Below are positions 17,783-27,553 of a stretch of DNA of 64,000 nucleotides, in pieces; positions within the stretch are counted from its first letter, which is position 1, and each line of letters opens with the position of its first letter. This DNA comes from an uncultured bacterium (GTDB lineage: Bacteria; Electryoneota; Tariuqbacteria; Tariuqbacterales; Tariuqbacteraceae). The stretch covers positions 2,843 through 66,842 of the forward strand of contig CAYQZD010000003.1 in assembly GCA_964421875.1 (NCBI GenBank), written 5' to 3'. Made by a program: the position numbers and the translations under genes. The notes below the pieces were generated by a model. It saw nothing but the letters and a program-made list of their open reading frames with translations. It did no database searches and had not been told where the DNA came from.

Positions 17783-18466
17783 CTACCTTGCGTTCCGAAG
17801 GATTTCGATGGAACCGGAGCCTTCATTCATATAGAGATCGGCAACGGACAGATTGGGCTCAAAACCGCCGAAAAGCTGTTTCCTGACCGGTTCCGTATAA
17901 TCGTGAAACACTATTTCAATAGCTTCCTCGCGCCAGATAGAGAGGTCCATATAGTCCCTCCCCCCCGCTCCGGCGAGGTAGGTGTCGCAATCGAAATATT
18001 TACAGAGGGCGGCTAGCCTGCGGTCAGGCTGTTCCGGCATATCGGGGAGGGCTGATGCGATTTCAATTCGGGTGGCAACCCCCAACTGCCGTGCTATTCT
18101 TTCAATCAACGCGATGTTGAGGGGCGCAAGATAAATCCATTCTTCGCTTAATACCGCTTCAGTCAGCTCGAAAAATTCTGAAAAGTATGACGCTCTTGCG
18201 TAACAGGTACGGAGAGTCTGGAGGTGCTTTTTTTTCCAGGGAACGTTGCCTGCGATGGCGACATCTTTGATACTCTCCCCGAACTTGTGACTAACGGGTA
18301 CGGTAATAAACTGCACTCCGTTGGGCCCTTTCACCCGGTTGCGGTTAATCCACTCGTTCTTCTTATATTGAACCGTATCCAGTAAAACGAAGATATCCGC
18401 CCGGTCCATTTTATCGAAATAACCGGTGTATGCCAGGTACTGCGGTTGATGCGCTGCTAATATCAT
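17783..18466 (-). CDS. WbqC family protein
   Basis: 227 aa. MILAAHQPQYLAYTGYFDKMDRADIFVLLDTVQYKKNEW is the typical WbqC N-terminus. Confidence 0.85.
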   Translation of the reverse strand: MILAAHQPQYLAYTGYFDKMDRADIFVLLDTVQYKKNEWINRNRVKGPNGVQFITVPVSHKFGESIKDVAIAGNVPWKKKHLQTLRTCYARASYFSEFFELTEAVLSEEWIYLAPLNIALIERIARQLGVATRIEIASALPDMPEQPDRRLAALCKYFDCDTYLAGAGGRDYMDLSIWREEAIEIVFHDYTEPVRKQLFGGFEPNLSVADLYMNEGSGSIEILRNAR

Positions 18467-19972
18467 TTAAGAATCGATTTCCTCCGTTTGCAGCCCGGCC
18501 GAGTTGACGAATATGGGATTGCTGGCGATAACCGGAAGCCCCTTGTACAACACCCAGAGGCGGTAATAAGTATTGCCGCCCGGAGGAATGTCCTTCAAAG
18601 CCATATCGAAGGAATCGTCGAAAGGGATATTGGCGACCTGGCGGCCGTTCCTGATGACGAAGACCTCGAAATTCTCCTTGTCTTCAGCTACTGTGAAACC
18701 GAAATGCAGATTAACCAAACCGGATGAGTTCAGAGTTTCACCGGAGATTTTCTCCGCTCCCTCACCGTTGTCAATACTCCAGTGGTCCATCCATATCATA
18801 TTTGGTCCCCAGATTTGCGCGGCGTAGCATCTGCCCTTCTTCAAGGCCTCCATAATAGATTCTTTGGATTTGTTTTCCGCCCAGACGTAGGTGCAGGCTT
18901 CGCGGATGAAGTTGGCGGGGAGATTACCCTCAAAATCGACCTCAGCCACCGCCCAAACCGGTTTTGACCTTTCGCCGTTGCAATACTGATACAGGGTGCG
19001 GTCCCACAAACCGCCGGGAACTCCCGCCACTTTCCAACCCTCGGCGAAGATGGCAAATCCCGTGTAATTCCGGGTGGTCATAAGCAAATTGGCGTAGGGA
19101 TGGGTGATGCAGTTTATCCAGCCAATCTGCCCGGAAAACTCAGCTTCGGGATGGGCGTAATAGATAAGCCCTCCATTTGAAATCACATGGTTGATGACGG
19201 CTTGAGCCGCCTCCCCGCAATGACCGCTCTCATACTGAGAAAGGACTTTCTTCCTGAAGGGATAATCATTGAACAGCAGAATGACAGCTCCTATGATTAG
19301 TATAATCCCGATGAAACGGTAAGGGTGCTTACCAACCTTCATCGTCTGGCTGGAAAATGCGATTTTTTTCTTCACCACAAAGAAAAATAGGAATATACCC
19401 ACAACGATGACAACTCCGGCTCCAATCACCCGGTCTGTGCGTTCATACAGTTCTTCCCTATATTTATTGGCCAATGTGCCGGGCATATTTTCATATACCT
19501 CCGGATTTTCCACTCCGAATACCAGCATATGCTGATGCCAATTATGCAGTTTCAGACTCTTGTCCAGAGGATGACCGCTCCAGTAATATGAGGGACCGAC
19601 TTCGGTTCCGGGGATGATTGTGATGCCGGGATTAGCGCCGTTGAGACTGTCCATCAACTGGATGTATTGTTCGACGCCGAAGGTGGTGACTGAGGGGTAG
19701 GCGACCCGCTTCTTGAGGATTTTCCGCAGAGGCCGGAGACCAAATTCCACCTCCTTCTGCAGATGGTCGCAGAAAACAACGGCGTCCATACGGTTGTCGA
19801 TAGAAAGCTGAACCATTTGTTCCGGAGGGAGCATACCGCCGGAAACATTGGAATCGTAGTGCAGACCAACGGCGTAACGTTGATAAGGGGAAGACTGGCT
19901 GAAACCGGAGGCGGCGAAAATCATCAGCAGCGCAGGAATAAACATCAGTGATAAATGGGAATTTTGCTTCAT
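18467..19972 (-). CDS. Membrane protein with PHP-like metallophosphoesterase N-domain (weak call)
   Basis: The ATG at 19972 gives a signal peptide (MKQNSHLSLMFIPALLMIFAASGFS); the 29 extra codons of the track ORF (to 20059) look non-coding. GLHYDSNVSGG..AVVFCDH resembles a PHP motif. Two central TMs. Its stop abuts the WbqC start. Confidence 0.55.
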   Translation of the reverse strand: MKQNSHLSLMFIPALLMIFAASGFSQSSPYQRYAVGLHYDSNVSGGMLPPEQMVQLSIDNRMDAVVFCDHLQKEVEFGLRPLRKILKKRVAYPSVTTFGVEQYIQLMDSLNGANPGITIIPGTEVGPSYYWSGHPLDKSLKLHNWHQHMLVFGVENPEVYENMPGTLANKYREELYERTDRVIGAGVVIVVGIFLFFFVVKKKIAFSSQTMKVGKHPYRFIGIILIIGAVILLFNDYPFRKKVLSQYESGHCGEAAQAVINHVISNGGLIYYAHPEAEFSGQIGWINCITHPYANLLMTTRNYTGFAIFAEGWKVAGVPGGLWDRTLYQYCNGERSKPVWAVAEVDFEGNLPANFIREACTYVWAENKSKESIMEALKKGRCYAAQIWGPNMIWMDHWSIDNGEGAEKISGETLNSSGLVNLHFGFTVAEDKENFEVFVIRNGRQVANIPFDDSFDMALKDIPPGGNTYYRLWVLYKGLPVIASNPIFVNSAGLQTEEIDS

Positions 19973-20105
19973 AATAATCCCCGCTAAATTTGTCGATGAT
20001 AGGTTAACGTATCTTAAAAAACCAATGGATTTTAAACTGCCCTTACGGCTATAAACCACTGTTATAACAATTATTCCAGCGCAATCGCACCAAACACCAT
20101 ACTCA

Positions 20106-20459
20106 TCACCAATCCCGGCGAATCATCCAAGCGACTGTCGGGGTGCGTTTCATCATCCTGTAGATTTTAGTCGGCGTCTGGGGATCAAAGGTTTTGGAAG
20201 TGAATCGTATCTCAGATATAGCCTCCAACACTATCTTTCTGAAATCGGATTCCGCAAGCAGGCCTAAGATACGATCGACTTCGAACCCGATGAGGTAGGC
20301 CTGCTGTTTCGCAATACCACGGATTTCTTCTATGATGTCCAGGGGAATCATCCTGGTCTCCACAGGAAGGACTTCATCGAAACGTGTGTGTTTAACCACA
20401 ATTATTCGTTTATCTTTAATAGCTTTTCGGACTCGCTGTCTGGTTAATGTAGTATCCAA
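20106..20459 (-). CDS. Hypothetical protein
   Basis: 117-aa ORF co-directional with the cluster. No family recognised. Confidence 0.45.
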   Translation of the reverse strand: MDTTLTRQRVRKAIKDKRIIVVKHTRFDEVLPVETRMIPLDIIEEIRGIAKQQAYLIGFEVDRILGLLAESDFRKIVLEAISEIRFTSKTFDPQTPTKIYRMMKRTPTVAWMIRRDW

Positions 20460-20549
20460 CCTATCTCCGGCGCTAAAAATTTGGTTCTTCTGGTAAGTTT
20501 GGTAACACTAAAGATGCGCGCATTTTGAAACATCCTAAAAAATACGCTT

Positions 20550-21695
20550 CTATAAAGATAACATTTCTTGATACAGATTGTCAATTTCATCGAGGGTTTT
20601 TTCCAGTGAAAAAATCTGAAGCCGGGAATTTGCCCCGGATACAATTTTTCCCCTCAACGCAACATTGTCCGCCAATTTGAGGACAGCCTCGGCGGCTGAT
20701 TGAGCCTGGCTCGGAGGGATTAACAGCCCGCTGACGCCGTCTTCGATGATTTCCGGCACGCCCCCAACATCCGTCGCTATGACGGGCAATCCGGCGGCCT
20801 GGGCTTCGAGAATCGACCTCCCCAGCCCCTCATTCGATGAGGTCAAGATATAGATATCCATCGCTGCTAATAAATCGGGAACATCCTCGCGGTGACCGGT
20901 GAACCTGAATTTTTCCGATAATCCCAGGGCTTCGACCCTCCGCCGGACAGAATCATATCTATCACCGGCGCCGACCATCAGGAAACGCAAGTCTTCCCTG
21001 CCCTTCAACAGCGCCGCGGTTTCGATTAAAAGCATCGGATTCTTGATGTCAGCCATCCGCCCCACCCATCCCACTACCACCGCATTATCCGTCAAACCCA
21101 ATTCGCTTCTGACCTCCGACCGTGATCTTGCGGAATTGCTGAATTTTTCGAGGTCGATTCCGGCGGGAATGACAATGAACTTATCCGGCGCGGCGATTCT
21201 CAGCCTGATATGGTCCTCCCTCCCCGGACCGGTGAGGTTGGTGATGCGGTCTGTGAAACGTGCGGCCCACCGTTCCATCCGGATAAAGGCGGAGGTCTTG
21301 ACTTTCCCGTAGTATCCGTAAAAGATATGACCGTGCGGCGAGTGGACAATCACCGGTGTCCGGTTCATCCGAGCCGCTATCCGGCCTATAATACCGCCTT
21401 TAGAGGAATTAGTATGGATAATCTGTGGTTTCTCCCGGCGGATTAGTTTCCTCAGCGATAATAGCGCTTTCAGATCCTGTTTCGGTTCTAATTCGCGGCG
21501 CAGCGAATCAAGCACAGTTACAGACACGCCGGTTCGAGCGGTATAGGTGGTCAAATCTTCGTGTGGCTCTACCGTCCTGCCGGTGATGATACCGGCGTCA
21601 TAGCCGCGGCTTTTCATCCCCTCAGCCCACTGCATCACCGCTTCAGCGGAGCCTCCGCGGTCGAGGCGGGTTATGATATAGAGGACTTTTATCAA
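20550..21695 (-). CDS. Glycosyltransferase family 4 (GT-B, group 1)
   Basis: 381 aa. N-terminal GGSAE and C-terminal LTSSNEGLGRSILEAQAAGLPVIATDVGGVPEII (EX7E region). Confidence 0.9.
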   Translation of the reverse strand: MIKVLYIITRLDRGGSAEAVMQWAEGMKSRGYDAGIITGRTVEPHEDLTTYTARTGVSVTVLDSLRRELEPKQDLKALLSLRKLIRREKPQIIHTNSSKGGIIGRIAARMNRTPVIVHSPHGHIFYGYYGKVKTSAFIRMERWAARFTDRITNLTGPGREDHIRLRIAAPDKFIVIPAGIDLEKFSNSARSRSEVRSELGLTDNAVVVGWVGRMADIKNPMLLIETAALLKGREDLRFLMVGAGDRYDSVRRRVEALGLSEKFRFTGHREDVPDLLAAMDIYILTSSNEGLGRSILEAQAAGLPVIATDVGGVPEIIEDGVSGLLIPPSQAQSAAEAVLKLADNVALRGKIVSGANSRLQIFSLEKTLDEIDNLYQEMLSL

Positions 21696-21707
21696 GACTA
21701 CACCATA

Positions 21708-22871
21708 TTAGAATCTGTAGAGTTCGGTGCACCGTTCGCAGGCGGGGTAGATTTTCTCGCTTCTGGTGATGCGGCGGAAACGTTTGTAGGCGGCGTCGTT
21801 CCAGATTTTGGTGAAAGGCTCCTGCTTGATATTACCCAAGGAATAGTTGAACAGATAACAGGCGCGGACCTCGCCGCTGGGCATAACATAGGCGGTCATC
21901 CAGGGTGAAAGGCAGCGAGGCCGGTAGGAATCGGGGATGAACTCGAAATCCGAGTAATAGCGGCGTATCTCCTCATCCGTGAGATTAGGGTAAAAATGGA
22001 CCGAAACTTTATGGGATTGACCTTCGATGCGCCGAATCTCCTTTATTAGCTTCTCGGAATCCATATCGGGCAGACTGTCCCAGAGGAAACCGGTCCAGTC
22101 GGTGCAGGAGACTCCGAAATGACGATTGAAGATTTCATCGTGAGCATGATACTTGTCATTTCCCAGGAAGATAAGATGATGGAAGGTGAGGGTAGCGGCC
22201 GCCGCTTCTTCCGCCACCGCAATAGTCTCGTCCATCCTCAGGTAGTTGGTCTCGAAAAGAGTGGAATTGATATTAACCACCGGACGCTTCTTACCGGATT
22301 GGCGCCGCAGGCGGTTTAGTTCTTTGATACCCTGAACCGCCCGTCGGAAAGTCCCCTTTCGTCCCCGAATTTCATCGTGGATATCCTCCGGCCCGTCCAG
22401 CGACCAGATGATTTCGTCCACCCCCGATTCGATGAAATAGGGAGCGAAGTGTTCCAGCATAACCCCGTTGGTTATCATATTGCAGCGCATACCGCGGGAT
22501 TTAATATGGCGCACCAGGTCGAACACCCCTTTGTACATCAAGGGCTCGCCGCCGAATAGCGTAATCGTCGGTTTCCAGCGGGACAGGTCGTCGACCAGCG
22601 ATTTCAGGTTATCCAGCGGAAGCTGTTCATATAACATCTCGCGGGTGTAATACTTCGAGGAACCGGATTCACCCCACTGGCTGCACATAGCGCACCGGAG
22701 ATTACAACGGTAGGTGATGAAAATCGAGACGGTTTCAGGGGGAGCGGCGCCGCCGGCGGCGAATTTATAAGCCAAGTAGCTTTTCAAGCGCTGGGTAAAA
22801 GCTGTGAAAGCGTATCCGGGCTGGGTTACAGCCTTGGAAAAGGCGCGCTTGATATTTCGCTTGGGAATCAA
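21708..22871 (-). CDS. Radical SAM protein with SPASM/twitch-like C-terminal Cys cluster
   Basis: 387 aa. CNLRCAMCSQW (CX3CX2C). C-terminal CLSPW..VRACYLF..YPACERCTELY. Confidence 0.85.
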   Translation of the reverse strand: MIPKRNIKRAFSKAVTQPGYAFTAFTQRLKSYLAYKFAAGGAAPPETVSIFITYRCNLRCAMCSQWGESGSSKYYTREMLYEQLPLDNLKSLVDDLSRWKPTITLFGGEPLMYKGVFDLVRHIKSRGMRCNMITNGVMLEHFAPYFIESGVDEIIWSLDGPEDIHDEIRGRKGTFRRAVQGIKELNRLRRQSGKKRPVVNINSTLFETNYLRMDETIAVAEEAAAATLTFHHLIFLGNDKYHAHDEIFNRHFGVSCTDWTGFLWDSLPDMDSEKLIKEIRRIEGQSHKVSVHFYPNLTDEEIRRYYSDFEFIPDSYRPRCLSPWMTAYVMPSGEVRACYLFNYSLGNIKQEPFTKIWNDAAYKRFRRITRSEKIYPACERCTELYRF

Positions 22872-22914
22872 ATTCTTTTATACATAGTTGGTTCCTGATG
22901 CAAAACTCTGAAAT

Positions 22915-22998
22915 TGTCATTGCGAGGAAGCGAAGCGACGAAGCAATCTATTTGTTATATAATAGTTTAAAGATTGCTTCACTTCGTTCGCGATGACA
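22915..22998. repeat. Inverted pair of PU5 units
   Basis: TGTCATTGCGAGGAAGCGAAGCGACGAAGCAATC (22915-22948), a 23-nt AT-rich spacer, then GATTGCTTCACTTCGTTCGCGATGACA (22972-22998). Confidence 0.85.
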
Positions 22999-23177
22999 GA
23001 TAAAGGACTTTTTCATCAGCGATTAGTTATAGCGAAAACCATTCGTGAGAACTTGTCTGTCATAACAACATAACAAGGGACAAAGAACTGCAATAATGGC
23101 ATACAGAATGGCAGATGTTGAACTTTAATGACTCTCTCTAATCTACGGTCGTCTTAAATAACTCTCGACGCTCGCAA

Positions 23178-23203
23178 TGTCATTCCCGCGAAAGCGGGAA
23201 TCC
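23178..23203 (+). repeat. ATTC/GAAT-clamped hairpin TGTCATTCCCGCGAAAGCGGGAATCC
   Basis: Stem ATTCCCGC/GCGGGAAT with loop GAAA. Its translation gives the ..PAFAGMT.. string in spurious ORF 23154-23408. Confidence 0.85.
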
Positions 23204-23308
23204 ATCTTATTGTATTTATGTAATATAATGTACTCCCGCTTTGATGGGAGTGACATACAATCGGACTTTCTTTCAGAAAAAAAATGTGATTACCGGTATT
23301 CAGATTAT

Positions 23309-23324
23309 TGGCACAGCGTTTGCA
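23309..23324 (+). promoter_or_regulatory. sigma54 (-24/-12) promoter upstream of hsp20
   Basis: TGGCAC-agcgt-TTGCA matches the TGGCAC-N5-TTGCW consensus with correct GG/GC spacing. It lies 84 nt upstream of the hsp20 ATG, and GGAGGA (23396-23401) sits upstream of the ATG at 23408. Confidence 0.6.
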
Positions 23325-23407
23325 GATACAATAAGGCGAAAACGATGAACATAATATGATTGAAAAATAACTAAAAATAACCTCAATATAATCTTGGAGG
23401 AAGAACA

Positions 23408-23854
23408 ATGAACTTAGTAAGATTCAATCCGGCGCGAGACCTCTGGCGGATGCGCGACGATATGGACCGCCTCTTCAACCTCTTTATGTCCCGCCCTATG
23501 GAGGGTGAAGATGTCGCCGAAGCGGACTGGAGTCCGCGGGTAGATATTTCCGAAAACGGTAACGGCTACATAGTCAAGGCGGAGCTTCCGGGGATGAGCA
23601 AAGATGACATCAAAATCACCCTGCAAGACGACGTCCTGACCATCCGAGGCAAGAAGAAAGATGAAAGAGAGTCGAAAGACAAGAGCGTGCATATGTGTGA
23701 ACGGCGCTATGGTAATTTCGTGCGCTCTTTCAGGCTTCCCACCGCGGTCGATAATAATAAAATCGACGCCGGTTTCAAGGATGGAGTGCTAAACCTCACG
23801 CTGCCCAAAGCCGAGGAAGCCAAACCGAAAGAGATCGAAATCAAGATGAACTAA
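23408..23854 (+). CDS. Hsp20/alpha-crystallin family small heat shock protein
   Basis: 148 aa. WSPRVDISENGNGYIVKAELPGMSKDDIKITLQDDVLTIRGKK..ERRYGNFVRSFRLP..GVLNLTLPK. Confidence 0.95.
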   Translation: MNLVRFNPARDLWRMRDDMDRLFNLFMSRPMEGEDVAEADWSPRVDISENGNGYIVKAELPGMSKDDIKITLQDDVLTIRGKKKDERESKDKSVHMCERRYGNFVRSFRLPTAVDNNKIDAGFKDGVLNLTLPKAEEAKPKEIEIKMN

Positions 23855-23941
23855 GAATCGCACCGCCGATATTATCGATAAGTCTCTGAGGATTAGGACT
23901 TAGTATCCTTAATTAAAGAAATGACAAGGAACTATTAAGAT

Positions 23942-23999
23942 GAGCCGGGCGACCCAAAAATTATATTTTGTTGGGGTTCAGCGCCGGCTCATTTCTTTC
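23942..23999 (+). terminator. Candidate intrinsic terminator after hsp20
   Basis: GAGCCGGGCG (23942-23951) pairs with CGCCGGCTC (23982-23990) around an inner ACCCAA/TTGGGGT helix and is followed by ATTTCTTTCT. The long loop makes this uncertain. Confidence 0.35.
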
Positions 24000-24069
24000 T
24001 ATCCAAGTGCGTCTCACAATCAAACGATAACACCGAATTCGTACGAACAACAAAATCTGAGGTTCAACT

Positions 24070-24258
24070 ATGCCACAATGGATTATGACAACGGGAGCGC
24101 TGATGGTGATTTTCGGATTGCTGGTCATCGCCTTTCCCTATCTCTTAGTAGTAATGGTCGCATCGTTTTTCATTATCACGGGACTGACAACATTGATATT
24201 CGGATGGCGGATGAAGAACCATGATCGTCAAAGCTATAGTTCCGGCTATCTCAGCTAA
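24070..24258 (+). CDS. Small two-TM membrane protein (hypothetical)
   Basis: 62 aa. Two clear hydrophobic helices (TTGALMVIFGLLVIAFPYLLVVMVASFFIITGLTTLIFGW). Weak GAGG upstream. Confidence 0.4.
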   Translation: MPQWIMTTGALMVIFGLLVIAFPYLLVVMVASFFIITGLTTLIFGWRMKNHDRQSYSSGYLS

Positions 24259-24277
24259 ACCGGGTTGTGCCGGAGAT

Positions 24278-25792
24278 TCACTTTATAATTCGATTCCTGC
24301 CGCTGTTCTTGGCGCGGTACAGTTTGGCGTCGGCGGATTTGACTAATTCCTCGGCGACACTGTATTTGCTTTTGCTTTCCAGTGCCGCTATTCCGCCGGA
24401 GATGGTGACTTGAATACTGGTCCCATCCACCTTGAAAGGGTGGTTCTCCACAATATTTCTGATTTTTTCCGCAACGATGAAGGCGTTGTCCTTCGTAGTC
24501 TCGGGCATTATCATCACAAACTCCTCCCCGCCGTATCTGGCCACAATATCCGACATCCGGGTATGCTTCTTGAGCATCGCTGCAATCTCCTGCAGAACCA
24601 AATCCCCGGCGGTGTGGCCATAAGTGTCGTTGACTTTCTTAAAGAAATCCACATCGAGCAACGCAACCGCCAGCGGTGTTTTATACCGGACTGAACGGAC
24701 AAATTCCACTGCGAGGTGTTCCTGGAAATAGCGGTGGTTAAAAATCTGAGTCAATCCATCGATTTCGGCTCTTTCCCGCAGTTCCTTGTTAGCGATTTTT
24801 AGCCGGTGCGCCAGCGTTTCCGCCTCGGCTTTTGCTTTCCTCAGTTCCCTCAGCATCTCCTCGTATGAAAGCTTAATTTCGTCCAGTTGGATGTTAATAG
24901 CGTGCAAAACCTTGGCGTAACTGGTGGATATGCCGGGCTTAAAATCGAATATCTCCGCAATCTCCTTGCCTTCGACGCCGATGCTCTCCAAAATTTCATG
25001 CACGGAATCTTCCGAGAAATCGAGTTTGCGCTTTGCCTCATCGATGCATAGTTCAAGGGACTCCTTCTTTGCCTGCGAGCTGAAGACCTCGACCATCAAA
25101 TGGGCGACATAAAGAGAGGAAATCAATATCGTGTCTCTTCCGGTAGAATCCACCGGCGGATCAGGGGTATGATGATATTGGATTGACTGTATTATTACAT
25201 CTTCGCACCGCCAATGTTTCGCTAATTTGGCGCCAACGCTGGCGTGGTCCCAGAGAAATGTGTTCAGCTCCAATTCTCGCAGACCGTTGTCGCTGGCCTG
25301 GGTTTCTTGCACCAGGCGGATGTATTCCTGGGGATAATGTTTGGCTAACGCCAACTGCCCGATGTTCATCATCAAACCGGTAAGGAAAGCGGTCTTTTCC
25401 AATCGGGGAGAAAAATGCCTGATGATGAGTTTTGCCGCCATCGCGGCGATGAAGGAGTTATCGACGAATTCCCTGAGATTCATCGGAGATTCGTTCTTCC
25501 CTTTAGCGTCTAAAAAAGAGAGGCTGAAAATGATATTCCTAACGGTATCATAACCCAGTGTCATCAGCGCCTGTTTAACCGAGGTGATGTCCCTGTTGAA
25601 ACCTACGTACTTGGAATTGACCGCCTTGAGAACGCGTCCGGTGAGTTCCGCATCCTTTTCCAAAAGAGCCGCAAACTGGGTGTCGGCGGTCCCCGGATCA
25701 GCCAGGCAGTCAACAATCCTGCCGGTGATCGCAGGCAGCACAGGGAGGTCTGCCGTCTCCGCTACCAGTTTATCAAGACTTATGGGTTTCAT
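24278..25792 (-). CDS. HDOD domain-containing diguanylate cyclase (GGDEF)
   Basis: 504 aa. N-terminal HDOD-like domain (LPVLPAITGRIVDCLADP..), a coiled coil, and a GGDEF domain with RYGGEEF and DVDFFKKVNDTYGH. Confidence 0.9.
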   Translation of the reverse strand: MKPISLDKLVAETADLPVLPAITGRIVDCLADPGTADTQFAALLEKDAELTGRVLKAVNSKYVGFNRDITSVKQALMTLGYDTVRNIIFSLSFLDAKGKNESPMNLREFVDNSFIAAMAAKLIIRHFSPRLEKTAFLTGLMMNIGQLALAKHYPQEYIRLVQETQASDNGLRELELNTFLWDHASVGAKLAKHWRCEDVIIQSIQYHHTPDPPVDSTGRDTILISSLYVAHLMVEVFSSQAKKESLELCIDEAKRKLDFSEDSVHEILESIGVEGKEIAEIFDFKPGISTSYAKVLHAINIQLDEIKLSYEEMLRELRKAKAEAETLAHRLKIANKELRERAEIDGLTQIFNHRYFQEHLAVEFVRSVRYKTPLAVALLDVDFFKKVNDTYGHTAGDLVLQEIAAMLKKHTRMSDIVARYGGEEFVMIMPETTKDNAFIVAEKIRNIVENHPFKVDGTSIQVTISGGIAALESKSKYSVAEELVKSADAKLYRAKNSGRNRIIK

Positions 25793-25876
25793 TTACTCTA
25801 CGCCCTGCAATTTCAATTCGAATTGAAGTCGTTGTCGTTCGGTGTGTTTGTTAATAACATCATTAGTAGAAAACAA

Positions 25877-26083
25877 TCATTCGCTGCTTCGTCTGATTCT
25901 TTTCCACATAAGTTGCGCGAAGTGATAACATATTATTAAAATCGTGTATGCGCCCAATGAAAAAGAAATTGTCAATTCGAGCCGGCCATATTCATAGATT
26001 CCAAGAATATCCGTGAGTCGCCAGGCCGCCAACCCTGCAATTAAATAGACACCAAAATGTTTATTGAATATCTTCTTTAACAT
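25877..26083 (-). CDS. Small hypothetical membrane protein
   Basis: The internal ATG at 26083 gives MLKKIFNKHFGVYLIAGLAAWRL.. with two TMs. No family recognised. Confidence 0.3.
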   Translation of the reverse strand: MLKKIFNKHFGVYLIAGLAAWRLTDILGIYEYGRLELTISFSLGAYTILIICYHFAQLMWKRIRRSSE

Positions 26084-26224
26084 GATTTGCCGGATTTTTA
26101 TTATTACCCGGATTCTGTGATATCCGATTGAAACATTCACCCAAAGGGTGAATTATCTGTGTCTCAGTTTAAAAACGTCTATTTTCGCAATAGGCGCTCT
26201 AATATGTGTTTTTACTGATTATGC

Positions 26225-26263
26225 ATCAGCGTAATCAGCGATAATCAGTGTTAATCAGCGATT
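26225..26263. repeat. 9-10-nt tandem array P (ATCAGCGNNN)
   Basis: ATCAG(C/T)G at 26225, 26234, 26244 and 26254. Lies downstream of the DegT (26340) stop. Confidence 0.65.
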
Positions 26264-26339
26264 CTAAAAATCTTCATACAGAATTAAGTTATTACTCGAA
26301 TGAACCGAAAAGCTTATCAATTCCCATCCTAAATCATCG

Positions 26340-27521
26340 CTACGGCTTGGAAACAATATCGACAATAAGGTCAAGGTCCCGCTGCGTCACAAAACTATGG
26401 GTGGGCATAGTAACCAGCCCTTCAGCTATTTCAATAGAATTGGGGAAAGCCTCGCGGGGATATCCCAGGTCGTAAATGTGATGATTGGGATGCATATACA
26501 TCCTGGCGGTGTCGATGCCTTTCTCCCACAGCCTGCGTTGAGAGCGCTCACGCTCATCAGCGTTCAGGAAAACAACCGGCAGATGGTTGAACACCGGTTC
26601 GGCGCCGGGAATGATTTCAGGGAGCAGGATATGTTCATTATCTTTCAGCGCTTCATAGAGGAACATTCCATTGGTCCTTCGCTGCGCGTTGATTCTATCC
26701 AGCTTTGATAATATAATTCTTCCCAATGCGGCTTGAACGGAAGTGAATCTGAGAGCGTCGAAGTGAGTATGCACCTCTTCCGATTTGAAGCCCTTGATGA
26801 AAGGAAACAATGGGCCATAGACTCCGGGGCGCATCGCCAACGCAAACGCCGCCAACATTACCGCCATTTTTATCCCGCCCTTGGAATCATCCAACTCAGC
26901 CCGCTCATTACGCGCCAATTGCGCCAGTTCGCGGTCTTTAAAGGCGGCGAAACCCCCGGTGTAGGTTGAGATATTTTTACCCTTGCAAAGGCTGAAAATC
27001 GCGCTCGGAGCGAAAGTCCCCGCCAATTTTCCCTCCAATTTCGCTCCGGGAGCTTGGGCGCAGTCCTCGACGACGAAAATATCGTCTCCGGTTAATTCTT
27101 CAATTCCATCGATTCGCATCGGAAAACCGAACATATGCACGGGTAAAACGGCGAGGGTTTTGTCCGATAATTCCCCCTTGAGCGATTGGGGGTCCATATT
27201 GAATGTACTGCGGGAAATATCGCAAACCCTGGTTTTTAAACCGATTTGGTCGAAAGCCAGCTTTAAAGTTGGGACAGTATAGGCGGGATAGATGACCTCG
27301 TCACGGTCGGGGCGGAGCTTCCGCATCGCTTTCAAGATAAGGTAGAGCGCGGTGGTGCCTTTGTTGACCAGAACGGTTTCCGCAAGGCCCAGCCATTGGG
27401 AGATGTCCTGTTCGAAGCGCTCGATCTCGTTCCGGCGGTAAATGCCCGCCGTCGCCCTAACTACTTCCGGGACTGTGATGGGCACTGCGGTGGTGGCGAT
27501 TTTTCGGAAAAAAGGATTCAA
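26340..27521 (-). CDS. DegT/DnrJ/EryC1/StrS family aminotransferase
   Basis: 393 aa. VVEDCAQAPGA, FSLCKGKNISTYTGG, and a C-terminus typical of the family. Confidence 0.85.
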   Translation of the reverse strand: MNPFFRKIATTAVPITVPEVVRATAGIYRRNEIERFEQDISQWLGLAETVLVNKGTTALYLILKAMRKLRPDRDEVIYPAYTVPTLKLAFDQIGLKTRVCDISRSTFNMDPQSLKGELSDKTLAVLPVHMFGFPMRIDGIEELTGDDIFVVEDCAQAPGAKLEGKLAGTFAPSAIFSLCKGKNISTYTGGFAAFKDRELAQLARNERAELDDSKGGIKMAVMLAAFALAMRPGVYGPLFPFIKGFKSEEVHTHFDALRFTSVQAALGRIILSKLDRINAQRRTNGMFLYEALKDNEHILLPEIIPGAEPVFNHLPVVFLNADERERSQRRLWEKGIDTARMYMHPNHHIYDLGYPREAFPNSIEIAEGLVTMPTHSFVTQRDLDLIVDIVSKP

Positions 27522-27553
27522 AATATTGACTGACTAAATTAGATATAACTTGA

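Noticed and set aside
20444-20644. A 66-aa ORF bridging the GT4 gene end and the 117-aa hypothetical gene
   Set aside because: It overlaps both neighbours out of frame, has no motif, and has unremarkable composition. It is probably spurious.
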